A stretch of DNA of 64,000 bases from a virus, in IMG/VR virus record IMGVR_UViG_3300024180_000005, positions 1-64,000 of that record. The stretch is one strand, 5' to 3'. Below the pieces are notes generated by a model. It was not told the DNA's origin, did no database searches, and worked only from the letters and a program-made list of their open reading frames with translations. Positions within the stretch are counted from its first letter, which is position 1; every line of letters begins with the position of its first letter. Both the position numbers and the translations under genes were made by a program. This document shows, piece by piece, positions 49,681 to 59,073 of this stretch.

Positions 49681-50237
49681 GCTAATTTTACCTTATTTGG
49701 ATTTAAAAAATCTCTTAGAAATACATTCTTCTCACCACCAACAAATTTTACCCATTCGGAGTAGATCATCTTTTCTTTGCCAGTTGAATGTAAAAAGTAT
49801 CCGTCTTTTCTCATTTTTTCTATCTTACTACTATTCATCATACTATCTTGAAGATATGAAAAGTGGTTTTCCATAACCCAATCTCCAAAATCTAAATAAA
49901 CTTTTCTATTAAATACTCTTTCATCTATAATAAAAGTAATTGCAGTCATTTGATCACCCAAATCTGGTTCGTTGAACGAGGAACATATAACACCATTTTC
50001 TAATAGAGTATTGTATGTTTGATTAAGTGTTCCTAATCTCTCAGTATTATTATTAGTAGTACCACCATTAAGTAGAATTACAGTTTTCCAATATTTGGCC
50101 CAATCTAAATAATCATTTGAGTTAAAATTTACCAGACTATATTCAGTTAAAGCATGGGAGAATTGTATTCCCATTTGTATACCAGTTAGTTGGTAGTTGA
50201 CAAATCCATACATTCTCAATTCTAATTTATTTTCCAT
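49677..50237 (-). CDS. Peptidyl-tRNA hydrolase 2 (PTH2)-like phage protein
   Basis: GIQFSHA...W..KTVILLNGG...FNEPDLGDQMTAI. Confidence 0.6.
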   Translation of the reverse strand: MENKLELRMYGFVNYQLTGIQMGIQFSHALTEYSLVNFNSNDYLDWAKYWKTVILLNGGTTNNNTERLGTLNQTYNTLLENGVICSSFNEPDLGDQMTAITFIIDERVFNRKVYLDFGDWVMENHFSYLQDSMMNSSKIEKMRKDGYFLHSTGKEKMIYSEWVKFVGGEKNVFLRDFLNPNKVKLA

Positions 50238-50301
50238 ATAATCTTATATATATGAAGAATAGAAAGTTTAATATATACAGAAAGGAAAACAATAAAATAC
50301 A

Positions 50302-51235
50302 ATGGATATAATAGTTAGATTAAAAAACCATAATACTAAACTATCAATTTCTAATTTAGAATTATATAAAAATGATAGTTCTAAACTAAATTTTAGATGT
50401 GAGTGTGGTTATGAATGGTCTGCAGTATACAGAGATATATTGAGATCAAAAAGAAATAATGGTTGTGTAAAATGTCAAAAAAGAAGTAAATCTGAAAGAG
50501 TATATACTTTATCAAATGATGTTTATTTAAAAAGAGTTAATGAATATTGGGGGGGATAAGATTGAAGTTTTGGAAGAGTATAAAAAGGGAGAAGATAAAA
50601 TTAAAATTTTATGTAAAGTTTGTGATAATGTATGGAATCCAACTGCTAGATCATTATTGAGAGGAAACGGATGTCCAAAATGTGGACATGAGAAAACAAA
50701 ATTATCTCGTATTAAAAGTAATGAAAAATATTTAGAAGAGTTGAAATATGTTCATGATGATAGAATAACTTTAATCGATAAATATATTAATAGTAATACA
50801 AAAGTTAATTTCAAGTGTTGTTTGTGTGATAATACATGGTTAGCCAATCCTAACATGATATTAAGAGGAAGAGGTTGTCCAAAGTGTAAATTTTCCAAAG
50901 GTGAGTTATTAATTTCAAAATTATTAAAAGATATAGATATAGAATTTAAGGAACAATTTATTATAAAAGGATTAAAAACTAACAAAGGTGGTACACCTAG
51001 ATTTGATTTCGCAATTTTTGAAAACAATGTTTTAACAAAAATTATTGAATATGATGGAATTTTACATTTTGAACCTGTTAATAAATTTGGAGGATTAAAA
51101 AGACTAAAAGAACAAAAAGAAGTTGATGATTTTAAAAATAAATATTGTATCAAAAATAATATTAAAATGATAAGGATACCATATTATGACATTTCAAAAA
51201 TAGACATTGAATATCTAAAAAATAAAATTATTTGA
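50302..51235 (+). pseudogene. Zn-ribbon-repeat PD-(D/E)XK/Vsr-like endonuclease split by a G7 run at 50549-50555
   Basis: Removing one G fuses 50302-50559 and 50540-51235 (...NEYWGDKIEV...); three CxxC..W...GCxKC repeats, SKGE, RFDF, IEYDGILH, IRIPY. Confidence 0.8.
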
Positions 51236-51707
51236 TACGACTAGAAAGACTTCTATTACTAAATTGCTTCAAACCGCTAACTTCTAATAGACTTTTCTTC
51301 TCTATAAATTCGGGTATTATAAGATCATAATCTTCAGTAGGTATCTCTACCTCTGCAACTATCATATGACATTTATTCGAAAAAATATCTACTTCCCATT
51401 TCAAATCAGAGTCTAAATATATTCTTCTTTCTTTAGTTATATATCTACCGTTAGATTTCTTACACTCTTTAACAAATGAGTCGAATTCGTATTTTGATAA
51501 GTCTATTTCTTCTTCAATATTCGATATATCAGAAACTCTTGTCTTTACCGTATGAACCCATTTGATACCAGATATGTTAGACTCCATTGATCTAGCTCGT
51601 TCCCAAATACCATCTACTTTAAGATACCATTGTTTGATTTTTATAACCTCATCTGGTTTTAAATCCGGAACTCCTTTTAATAAAAACTTTCTTTCAATCT
51701 CTATCAT
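51228..51707 (-). CDS. CYTH-domain (triphosphate tunnel) protein
   Basis: EIERKFL, ITKER, WEVDIF, AEVE, FSNRSL. Confidence 0.88.
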   Translation of the reverse strand: MIEIERKFLLKGVPDLKPDEVIKIKQWYLKVDGIWERARSMESNISGIKWVHTVKTRVSDISNIEEEIDLSKYEFDSFVKECKKSNGRYITKERRIYLDSDLKWEVDIFSNKCHMIVAEVEIPTEDYDLIIPEFIEKKSLLEVSGLKQFSNRSLSSRIK

Positions 51708-52152
51708 CTTCGCTAATATGTTTTTTTACCCAATCTTCTAACTTTTCAAAGTAATATGAAATTGATATCAAACCAATAGTAAGAACTATTGGTGTTAAAA
51801 TAAGTCCCATTCCACATAATATACCTATTGCAGATATAGTCCAAATAAGGGTTGCGGTAGTCAATCCGGTTATTTTATCTTTATTTTGTATAATTGCACC
51901 TGCACCCAAGAAACCAATTCCAGTTACTATAGTAGATAACATTCTTGTTGGATCAGCCAAATTATAATACTCTGCTGCAAGGAAAGATGTTATTGTAAAA
52001 ATGGATGAACCAACACATATAAGTATATTTGTTCTTATTCCTGCTACCTTATTTCGTTTCTCTCTTTCGAGTCCTACTAATGCACCACATATAGTGGCAA
52101 CACCAACTTTTGGTAATACACTCAATAGTGTAATTATTTCATTTATAAACAT
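51694..52152 (-). CDS. MgtC/SapB-family membrane protein
   Basis: GLERE..NKVAGIRT, DPTR, TGIGFLGAGAI, GLTTA. Confidence 0.92.
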   Translation of the reverse strand: MFINEIITLLSVLPKVGVATICGALVGLEREKRNKVAGIRTNILICVGSSIFTITSFLAAEYYNLADPTRMLSTIVTGIGFLGAGAIIQNKDKITGLTTATLIWTISAIGILCGMGLILTPIVLTIGLISISYYFEKLEDWVKKHISEDDRD

Positions 52153-52228
52153 AATACTATTTATAAAAAATTATGTTTTGTGTTTTAAAAATAGTAAAAT
52201 TTAATATTACACATTTAATATATATGAT

Positions 52229-52663
52229 ATGAAATATTTAAGATTTTTTGAAGCAAAGGACGATTTGGAAAAAGACCATATACTAACTTCTTTAAAAGCA
52301 TATATGAAAGAGGTTGACAAAAACTGGAACTATATAACTCCACTAGATCTCAAAAAAGATTTGGACAAAGATCCGAATAAATACTTTCTACTTGATATAA
52401 GAAAACCAGAAGATTTCAATACTGGTCACATTAAAGGTTCAAAGAATATCTTTTGGAAAGAATTGCTTGAAAATTTAGACAAACTTCCTAAAGATAAAAA
52501 AATAGTTTTAATATGTTATGTTGGACATACATCAAGTCAAATGTTGATTTCTCTTCGCATGTTAGGATATGATGTTATATCATTGAAATTTGGAATGGGA
52601 GTTTCCCCAGTAGAAGGAGTGCCTGTTTCGGGGTGGCTTGATTATGGATTTCCTGTAAAATAA
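52229..52663 (+). CDS. Rhodanese-like protein with CTS-like N-terminus (MKYLRFFE)
   Basis: LLDIR...GHIKGSKNI...ICYVGHTS...GW; late box 52216-52224. Confidence 0.85.
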   Translation: MKYLRFFEAKDDLEKDHILTSLKAYMKEVDKNWNYITPLDLKKDLDKDPNKYFLLDIRKPEDFNTGHIKGSKNIFWKELLENLDKLPKDKKIVLICYVGHTSSQMLISLRMLGYDVISLKFGMGVSPVEGVPVSGWLDYGFPVK

Positions 52664-52702
52664 AAAATCAGACTATTCATCCGATTCTTTCAGTTTCTTA
52701 TC

Positions 52703-53023
52703 TCATTTTCTTGTTTCTCCTACGAAAACTATATTATGGTCTCTTACCAGTCTTTCTAAATGAAGATTGTCTTTTTTATATAGATAGAACTTCCCTTCTT
52801 TGTATGTCTCAACGAATAAATATTCTTCACCGTGTAGCTCGACTCCGTATAACCTATCTTCTTTACCAATACCAATCTCTGTATGGTCATTTCGTTTAAG
52901 CCAAGTAAGTATTCCGTTGCCTTCTTCATTTGTCATTATATCGATATATTTAAAAATATACATATCTTCTAATTCGTCTAATATCCATTTTTTTGAATCA
53001 ACTTCAAAATATACTTTTTTCAT
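52703..53023 (-). CDS. Hypothetical protein
   Basis: ORF in minus-strand run. Confidence 0.6.
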   Translation of the reverse strand: MKKVYFEVDSKKWILDELEDMYIFKYIDIMTNEEGNGILTWLKRNDHTEIGIGKEDRLYGVELHGEEYLFVETYKEGKFYLYKKDNLHLERLVRDHNIVFVGETRK

Positions 53024-53268
53024 ATTCCTAATTCATTTATTTTAAAATCTCTTGTTTCATCCAGATCCAATGTTCTTAGATGTCTTTCATGTACAACTAT
53101 GTCGTATTCTTCATCATCTAAAGAAAAGAAAACTCTTATATAGTTTTTGTTTTCAAAAGTAGCTTTATAGATACAACCAGATTTTAGAGGTTCATAGCAA
53201 AATTCTCTGATTTCGTTATCATCCGATATTAATTTTACATACATATTACATTCCAATTTTTTTCTCAA
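53020..53268 (-). CDS. Hypothetical protein with C-terminal TRDFKINELGI motif
   Basis: ORF; true start may be a downstream ATG. Confidence 0.6.
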   Translation of the reverse strand: MRKKLECNMYVKLISDDNEIREFCYEPLKSGCIYKATFENKNYIRVFFSLDDEEYDIVVHERHLRTLDLDETRDFKINELGI

Positions 53269-53617
53269 CTATAGTCTCAAGTAATCTTTCCATCTCAGAA
53301 GACATTTCTACTTCAACATCATCAATAAGGAATCTGTTGATAGAAACAACTGCTTCGTCTAAACAAAAATCAGATGCAGGTGGAGTCCAATAGTCGCCAG
53401 GACATTCGTCAAAATATCCACATAAATTAAGTGAGTATTCTATAACAACACAAACATCTTCGTTTCCAACTGGATTAAAAGAGATCCACTCTTCATCTAA
53501 AGAAACAGAACCTTCATTTTCCAATATCAAATCAGGGAATTTATCACATTTTTTAAAATCACCATCAGAGAATGTTAAGTTGTTGAAATCAATTGTGTAT
53601 GTTTGCTCTAGATTCAT
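53246..53617 (-). CDS. Acidic hypothetical protein (GDYWTPP)
   Basis: ORF; TATATTTG box 53640-53647. Confidence 0.7.
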   Translation of the reverse strand: MNLEQTYTIDFNNLTFSDGDFKKCDKFPDLILENEGSVSLDEEWISFNPVGNEDVCVVIEYSLNLCGYFDECPGDYWTPPASDFCLDEAVVSINRFLIDDVEVEMSSEMERLLETIVEKKIGM

Positions 53618-53686
53618 ATCTTTTTCGTTTTTGTTTCTACAAATATAAACACTAAAAGCCGAATAGACAACTATTCGGCATAAAAA

Positions 53687-54205
53687 TTATAAACTTTTAC
53701 TTTCTTTTCTAAGGAATGTTAGGTAATCAAACTTCTTAAACTTATTATTGACTTTATCTTTATATCTCTCTGATAAGTAAACTTCATTATTTAATCCTAG
53801 TTGTTCTACCCATTTAATGAAAAATTCATTTGCTTCATTAAAGTCAGTTGTTCTTAAACTGGCTTCATTATAAGGTTCTATCCCATTTATAACATTCCTA
53901 TTAATGTGTTTAGTAACAGTTACTTGATAGTATTTAGTTGTACCATTTGCATCCAATTCCTCTTGTGTAAAGTTTTTTTTCACATTATGAGTACCACGAT
54001 ATCCAGCCTCATTAAATGATTCTGAGAACGAGATATGTATTTTATCTCTTCTAAGCTTATTGAATTTACTAGCTAATGCTATCTCACTTCTATGTCTAAA
54101 GATTTCAAATAGTGATTGTATAACCCATCCACCTTTAATTTTCTTAGCTCTTTCTATTACTGTTCCATCATTTGTCATCCGTAGTGTATTTTTATATTCT
54201 AACAA
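53687..54205 (-). CDS. Hypothetical protein
   Basis: ORF followed by hairpin 53658-53679. Confidence 0.6.
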   Translation of the reverse strand: MLEYKNTLRMTNDGTVIERAKKIKGGWVIQSLFEIFRHRSEIALASKFNKLRRDKIHISFSESFNEAGYRGTHNVKKNFTQEELDANGTTKYYQVTVTKHINRNVINGIEPYNEASLRTTDFNEANEFFIKWVEQLGLNNEVYLSERYKDKVNNKFKKFDYLTFLRKESKSL

Positions 54206-54281
54206 ATATAATCATTTTATAAAATTCTCTAAAGAAACGACTTATAAAACCAAATAATTTAATTTTTTTCATACTATCTGG

Positions 54282-54764
54282 TTAAGTTAAAAATATGATT
54301 GAATCGTATTTTTCTTCCTCAGAAGGTGTTTGATATGAATCTATCATAGATTTTATAACAAATGGTGGTATCCATTTATTTTCATTGATATTCCTAATCT
54401 CATTTCTTTTATTATATTCTTCCTCGGATAATATTGGAAATACAACTGCAATACGTGAAAAGTTTTTATCAAAGTTATTCAAAGTTGATAGTCTTCTTTT
54501 AATAACCATATTAGTCATGTCTATAATAACATTCTCTTTTAAAGAATTTGCTTGTTTTAATCGTAATGATAGTACTCGATCGACTTCTTTGTGATCGACC
54601 TCTTTAAATGCTAAATTATAGTCTCTAGATCCAAAAACTTCCATTACTATCTCGTCACGAGATATAACTTTAGTATCTGAGTAATTTTGTTTTATGTATG
54701 TTGATTTGCCCGAAAGTGTAGGTCCAATCATGATCATAACAAATGGTTCTTTAATATTTTTCAT
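54282..54764 (-). CDS. AAA_33 / polynucleotide kinase-like P-loop protein
   Basis: GPTLSGKST, SRD, IIDMTN..RR, IP..VI..M...Y..P; TATCTTTG box 54769-54776. Confidence 0.85.
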   Translation of the reverse strand: MKNIKEPFVMIMIGPTLSGKSTYIKQNYSDTKVISRDEIVMEVFGSRDYNLAFKEVDHKEVDRVLSLRLKQANSLKENVIIDMTNMVIKRRLSTLNNFDKNFSRIAVVFPILSEEEYNKRNEIRNINENKWIPPFVIKSMIDSYQTPSEEEKYDSIIFLT

Positions 54765-54815
54765 AAATCAAAGATAAGTAATCTTTTTCGAATGAACAAA
54801 TTTAATATATAAAAT

Positions 54816-55613
54816 ATGAGTGGAATAGTAAGTAAACAAATTTTAAATAAAAACATTTTATTTTATTTCGATGCTGCAAATAAAAAATCATACGATGGTT
54901 TTAGTAATTTAGGATATAGTCTTGTTTTAGGGACAACCGCATCTTTATTAACCGGAGTTACCTGGAGTTCAAGTAATGTAGGAGTTATGAATTTCAATGG
55001 TACTTATTCAATCGGTTTAACAACATATGCGGTAGATTCATGGATTAGTTGTGGTGATAGAATACCTGTTATTGCACCAAGTTTCCCGATAACATTAGAA
55101 GCATGGATAAAACCAAGAAAACTTAATGGTGGGACAGGTCCTGTTACTCAAGGAATTTTTGCATTAGATTCTATGGAACAGTTTCCCGGAAATTATTATG
55201 GTGTTGAAATTGTAATAACTCCAAATGATGGTTCTGATACTATGAATTTAGGTGCTGGATATTATAATGGTAGTGGGTATGGTGTTGGTTCAAGAAGATC
55301 CGGGACTACTAGTATTAGACCTGTTATATGTGGTGTTTGGAATCATGTTGTTGCGGTGATTGCGGGTTTAAATGATATAAGATTATATGTAAATGGTGTT
55401 AGTGTTTCAAGTACACTTTCTGGTTCAGGCACGAGCTTAGTATGGAGTGGTGGTTTAGGTAAAACTGTTATAGGTAAAACTGCTGGCTACTATAAATATA
55501 TTTTTGATGGTGACATTGCGATGGTTAGAGCATATAATGAATCATTAAGTATTGATGATGTTAAAAGTCAATATAATCTACATACCATAAGATTTGGATT
55601 AAAATCAATATAA
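54816..55613 (+). CDS. LamG/ConA-like domain virion protein
   Basis: FDAANKKSY, TLEAWIKP, WNHVV, LYVNG, FDGDIAMVRAYN; late box 54803-54811. Confidence 0.8.
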   Translation: MSGIVSKQILNKNILFYFDAANKKSYDGFSNLGYSLVLGTTASLLTGVTWSSSNVGVMNFNGTYSIGLTTYAVDSWISCGDRIPVIAPSFPITLEAWIKPRKLNGGTGPVTQGIFALDSMEQFPGNYYGVEIVITPNDGSDTMNLGAGYYNGSGYGVGSRRSGTTSIRPVICGVWNHVVAVIAGLNDIRLYVNGVSVSSTLSGSGTSLVWSGGLGKTVIGKTAGYYKYIFDGDIAMVRAYNESLSIDDVKSQYNLHTIRFGLKSI

Positions 55614-55619
55614 ATAAAG

Positions 55620-57380
55620 ATGATTGAAAAATATAATGAGTTTATTTTAGAAAGGATGATTAAAGAGTCTACTCTTTATGTATCTCCTGATATACTTAAA
55701 AGGTTACAAAGTATTAATAGTGAAATATCAAATGATTTATTAAACCAGTTAGGACAAAATGTAAAACCAGATGTGACTTTCTTAGATGGAAGTGATAAGG
55801 ATGGTGAACTCACTTTCATCACTATGAGGAATGCCGTTAAAAAACTTTCAAACCTTTATAATGGAAATGATAGTCTTGTTAAAAATATTGAGAATCCGGT
55901 TGGTGTAAATGCCACAAAGTATGCAATGGATGTTTCTAAAATGTTGATGAGTGATGATCCTGGATTCTGGACTCAATCAAGAAACCCTATAAAAATAGGA
56001 AAACTTATAAGAAAAATATTCCCTGGTAAATATTCAGATGTCGATATTGAAAAGTTTGTAAATGAATTTAAGAGTTCTAGTGAAAAGGATGCTGAAAAAT
56101 TTATATTAGTAGAAGGAGAAGATATTGATAAATATTATTGGTACGAAAGTTATCGAGAGGAAAAAGGTGATTTAGGAAGATCTTGTATGTCTAGAAAGAA
56201 GAACTTATTCGATATCTATGTTAAAAATCCAGATGTTTGTAAACTTTTAGTTCTTTTAGAGAATGATAAAGTAATAGGAAGATCACTTATTTGGAAAATA
56301 TTTAGTAATAATAAATCTAATGATATTGAGTATTTTATGGATAGACAATATACTATTGAACAATCAGATGTTGTTAAATTTCAAAAATATGCAAGTAATA
56401 AGGGTTGGGCTTACAAAACATATAATAACCACTATAGCTTTTCAAAAATAACATTCAATGGTGAAGAGTTTTATTGTGATATTATCGTTAAAGTGGATCC
56501 CGAAGATTATGAATATTATCCTTATATGGATACTTTCAGAAGATACAATTTTATAACTGGTGAACTTTTCAATGATGACGATATATCTAATAATGGTGGT
56601 CAATATCTATTAGATGATACTGAGGGTGATTTTACTGAAATAGAAGATGGTAAATGGTCTGAATTTCTTCAGCGTATGGTTAATAGTGAAAATGCGGTTT
56701 GGTCGGAACCATACGGTGATTATTTAGATGAGACTAGTTCGGTTTATATAGCAAGTGGAGATTTTGAAGGTTGGTATTATGAGGAGGATGATGATATCAT
56801 ATACTCGGATTGGGAAGAACGTTATATTCATATAGACGATTGTTTTTATTCTAATGATATGGATGAATATATTTTAAGTGAAAATGCAGTAGAAGGTGTT
56901 TATAAGATATTAGATGATCTTACTTTTGAAGTAAGTTTCTATCATGAACGTGATGATGAATTGATGACTGTGGATAAGGAATTAGACTGGTATAAAGTTC
57001 TTTGTGAAAAAAATAGTAATTGGACTAATGTTGATTTTATAAAAAATGACTTAATGAAAAATAACTATAAAAGTTTTCCTAAAAAATTCCTAGTTCATGT
57101 TTATAAAGCTGAGGAAGAAGAAGTGTATCTAACCGTAAGGGATGCTAAGATATTAGGTTTTAAATTTGATAAAGAAGATAAAAAAGAAATATGTGACTTT
57201 GAATATCATAAAAAATTAGAAGATGCTAAACTATTAAGTATTTTGATTGATAAACTTGTAAATGATCTTATTCCAAATACAGAAAATATTGCAGATGAAG
57301 GAGAAGATGATATGAAGAAAATGTATCAAGATCGTATTGATAGAGTTTGGAATAGAATGCCAAATAGTTATGAGGGATAA
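55620..57380 (+). CDS. Uncharacterised SCM/FMDR/PYMDT-motif protein with acidic C-terminal region, paralog of 3644-4945, CTS-like N-terminus
   Basis: KIGKLI, DIEKFVNEFK, SCM, GRSLIW, FMDRQYT, YPYMDT. Confidence 0.8.
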   Translation: MIEKYNEFILERMIKESTLYVSPDILKRLQSINSEISNDLLNQLGQNVKPDVTFLDGSDKDGELTFITMRNAVKKLSNLYNGNDSLVKNIENPVGVNATKYAMDVSKMLMSDDPGFWTQSRNPIKIGKLIRKIFPGKYSDVDIEKFVNEFKSSSEKDAEKFILVEGEDIDKYYWYESYREEKGDLGRSCMSRKKNLFDIYVKNPDVCKLLVLLENDKVIGRSLIWKIFSNNKSNDIEYFMDRQYTIEQSDVVKFQKYASNKGWAYKTYNNHYSFSKITFNGEEFYCDIIVKVDPEDYEYYPYMDTFRRYNFITGELFNDDDISNNGGQYLLDDTEGDFTEIEDGKWSEFLQRMVNSENAVWSEPYGDYLDETSSVYIASGDFEGWYYEEDDDIIYSDWEERYIHIDDCFYSNDMDEYILSENAVEGVYKILDDLTFEVSFYHERDDELMTVDKELDWYKVLCEKNSNWTNVDFIKNDLMKNNYKSFPKKFLVHVYKAEEEEVYLTVRDAKILGFKFDKEDKKEICDFEYHKKLEDAKLLSILIDKLVNDLIPNTENIADEGEDDMKKMYQDRIDRVWNRMPNSYEG

Positions 57381-57396
57381 AATGTAAAGGTGATTA

Positions 57397-58110
57397 TTAT
57401 TTGATTGATAATACTCTCACCTTTGCATTTTTTGTACTGAATATTCTATGATAACCATCGATAATTTTCCATTTATCACCTGACTTCTTTACAACTCCTC
57501 TAATACCACTATAGATTTTATCAGAATAAAAATTCAATTCCTTCTTAGATACTTTATCTAAATGACCTTTCGATCCAAATATTATGTCTGTCTTATCTAT
57601 TGTAATAGATTCATAGTTTGCATCAACAATCTCTGGTAGAACTTTACCATACTCTAAATTCAAAAGATATTCTACCTTCTCTTTTAAAGTAGAAAGAGAG
57701 AATACTAAAAAAAGTTCTGACTCGATTTTATCTGCGATATTTTCTTTAATTTTAACATCACCTATTTCATCACCATAATAACCACCTTCAATTTCGATAT
57801 CCCAGTTTTGGTTTTCCCATATTTTATATGATCTTAGTATTCTATCAATCGTATAAATATCTATGTCTTTACCTACTCCATAAAGTACTTCGTTGATTGC
57901 GTTATTTCTGTCTGCTACTTTACCTTGCTCAAAGAAATCGTCATATATTTTTTTAACAATAAAAGATACGTCTACTGATTCAATACACACATCATAAATA
58001 CTACCACATCTACATATACCTTCATCATCACATCCATAATTTTCACAATCATAGCTGTTACTATAGTCTACATAAACGCCGTTGTATTGAAATGTTATAT
58101 CTTTGAGCAT
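57397..58110 (-). CDS. Cys-cluster protein with C-terminal ParB-like motif
   Basis: CENYGC..EGICRC; IIDGYHR. Confidence 0.6.
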   Translation of the reverse strand: MLKDITFQYNGVYVDYSNSYDCENYGCDDEGICRCGSIYDVCIESVDVSFIVKKIYDDFFEQGKVADRNNAINEVLYGVGKDIDIYTIDRILRSYKIWENQNWDIEIEGGYYGDEIGDVKIKENIADKIESELFLVFSLSTLKEKVEYLLNLEYGKVLPEIVDANYESITIDKTDIIFGSKGHLDKVSKKELNFYSDKIYSGIRGVVKKSGDKWKIIDGYHRIFSTKNAKVRVLSIK

Positions 58111-58400
58111 CTTCTTCTTAATTTATATTTTTTACCTTCTATAAGTTTAAAACCATAGAATTTACCATCCTTCATTTTGAAGTATATACTTTTTAAGGCA
58201 TCTGCCGGTAAATCATGCCAACCAGAATGTACCAACTCTTCTTCACAAAATGGATACCAAGCATTTAATCTATTTACTTTTCTACCATCTATTAAATTGA
58301 TTGGCTCATCAAAGTATAAGAAACGTGAATCCCCTAAAGTTTCGTTTTTCTTATAAATAGTCTTTATTCTACCTACTAAATGTGCTTTTATAAAATTCAT
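58095..58400 (-). CDS. Hypothetical protein
   Basis: ORF in operon. Confidence 0.6.
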   Translation of the reverse strand: MNFIKAHLVGRIKTIYKKNETLGDSRFLYFDEPINLIDGRKVNRLNAWYPFCEEELVHSGWHDLPADALKSIYFKMKDGKFYGFKLIEGKKYKLRRRCSKI

Positions 58401-58816
58401 ACATTTTCCCCCTCTACAAATCCTTTGTGATAATATCTGAAATCATCATATTTAATACCTTCTACTTTATCTAAGTAATTAGTTATTGCACCAATTATAT
58501 TTTGACGACCATTAGTATTGTCTGAATGAACGTACCAACTTTTAGGAAATGGTTTATCATTATCTAAGCAATATCCGATTACATAATCAACTGCATTCTT
58601 TCCGGTCATTTCTTTTCCTTCTTTATCAAAACAAGCCAAATCGTGGTCGAAAGAGATTAAGTCAATGTCGTCGAATTTAGTGTTTATAACGTCTGTAAAG
58701 TCGTCATATGTTCTAACAATAGTCCAGTCTGAATCTTTAGAATAAGCGGCTCCTAACCCTTTAGAAGAGTTGTGTGCCATACCTGTGGATCTGATATCAT
58801 CTAAAAATAATTTCAT
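58397..58816 (-). CDS. Cyclic-phosphate-processing receiver-like (cREC) protein
   Basis: LFLDDIR, WTIVRTY, ISFDHDL, TG, VHSDN..G. Confidence 0.8.
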   Translation of the reverse strand: MKLFLDDIRSTGMAHNSSKGLGAAYSKDSDWTIVRTYDDFTDVINTKFDDIDLISFDHDLACFDKEGKEMTGKNAVDYVIGYCLDNDKPFPKSWYVHSDNTNGRQNIIGAITNYLDKVEGIKYDDFRYYHKGFVEGENV

Positions 58817-58817
58817 C

Positions 58818-58988
58818 TTAGTCTAAATAAATGTTTAATTTTTCTGTAAAGTAGTAATCTAAAAATACACCCTGGTGTATCAACTGTTCATATTCATAAA
58901 GATTTGTACAAGTTGACAATCTATCGATAATAAAGTTTGCGTAGATTTGTCCAAAATATTTTGCTATTGATTTTAATTTAGTTTTCAT
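58818..58988 (-). CDS. Hypothetical protein (start likely ATG 58988)
   Basis: ORF abutting the cREC gene. Confidence 0.55.
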   Translation of the reverse strand: MKTKLKSIAKYFGQIYANFIIDRLSTCTNLYEYEQLIHQGVFLDYYFTEKLNIYLD

Positions 58989-59073
58989 ATTATTGTTTTT
59001 TTTTATAAAGATACGAATTTTATATGACTTGAACAAGTTATTATTCAAAAAACATGTAACATCATGATATACT

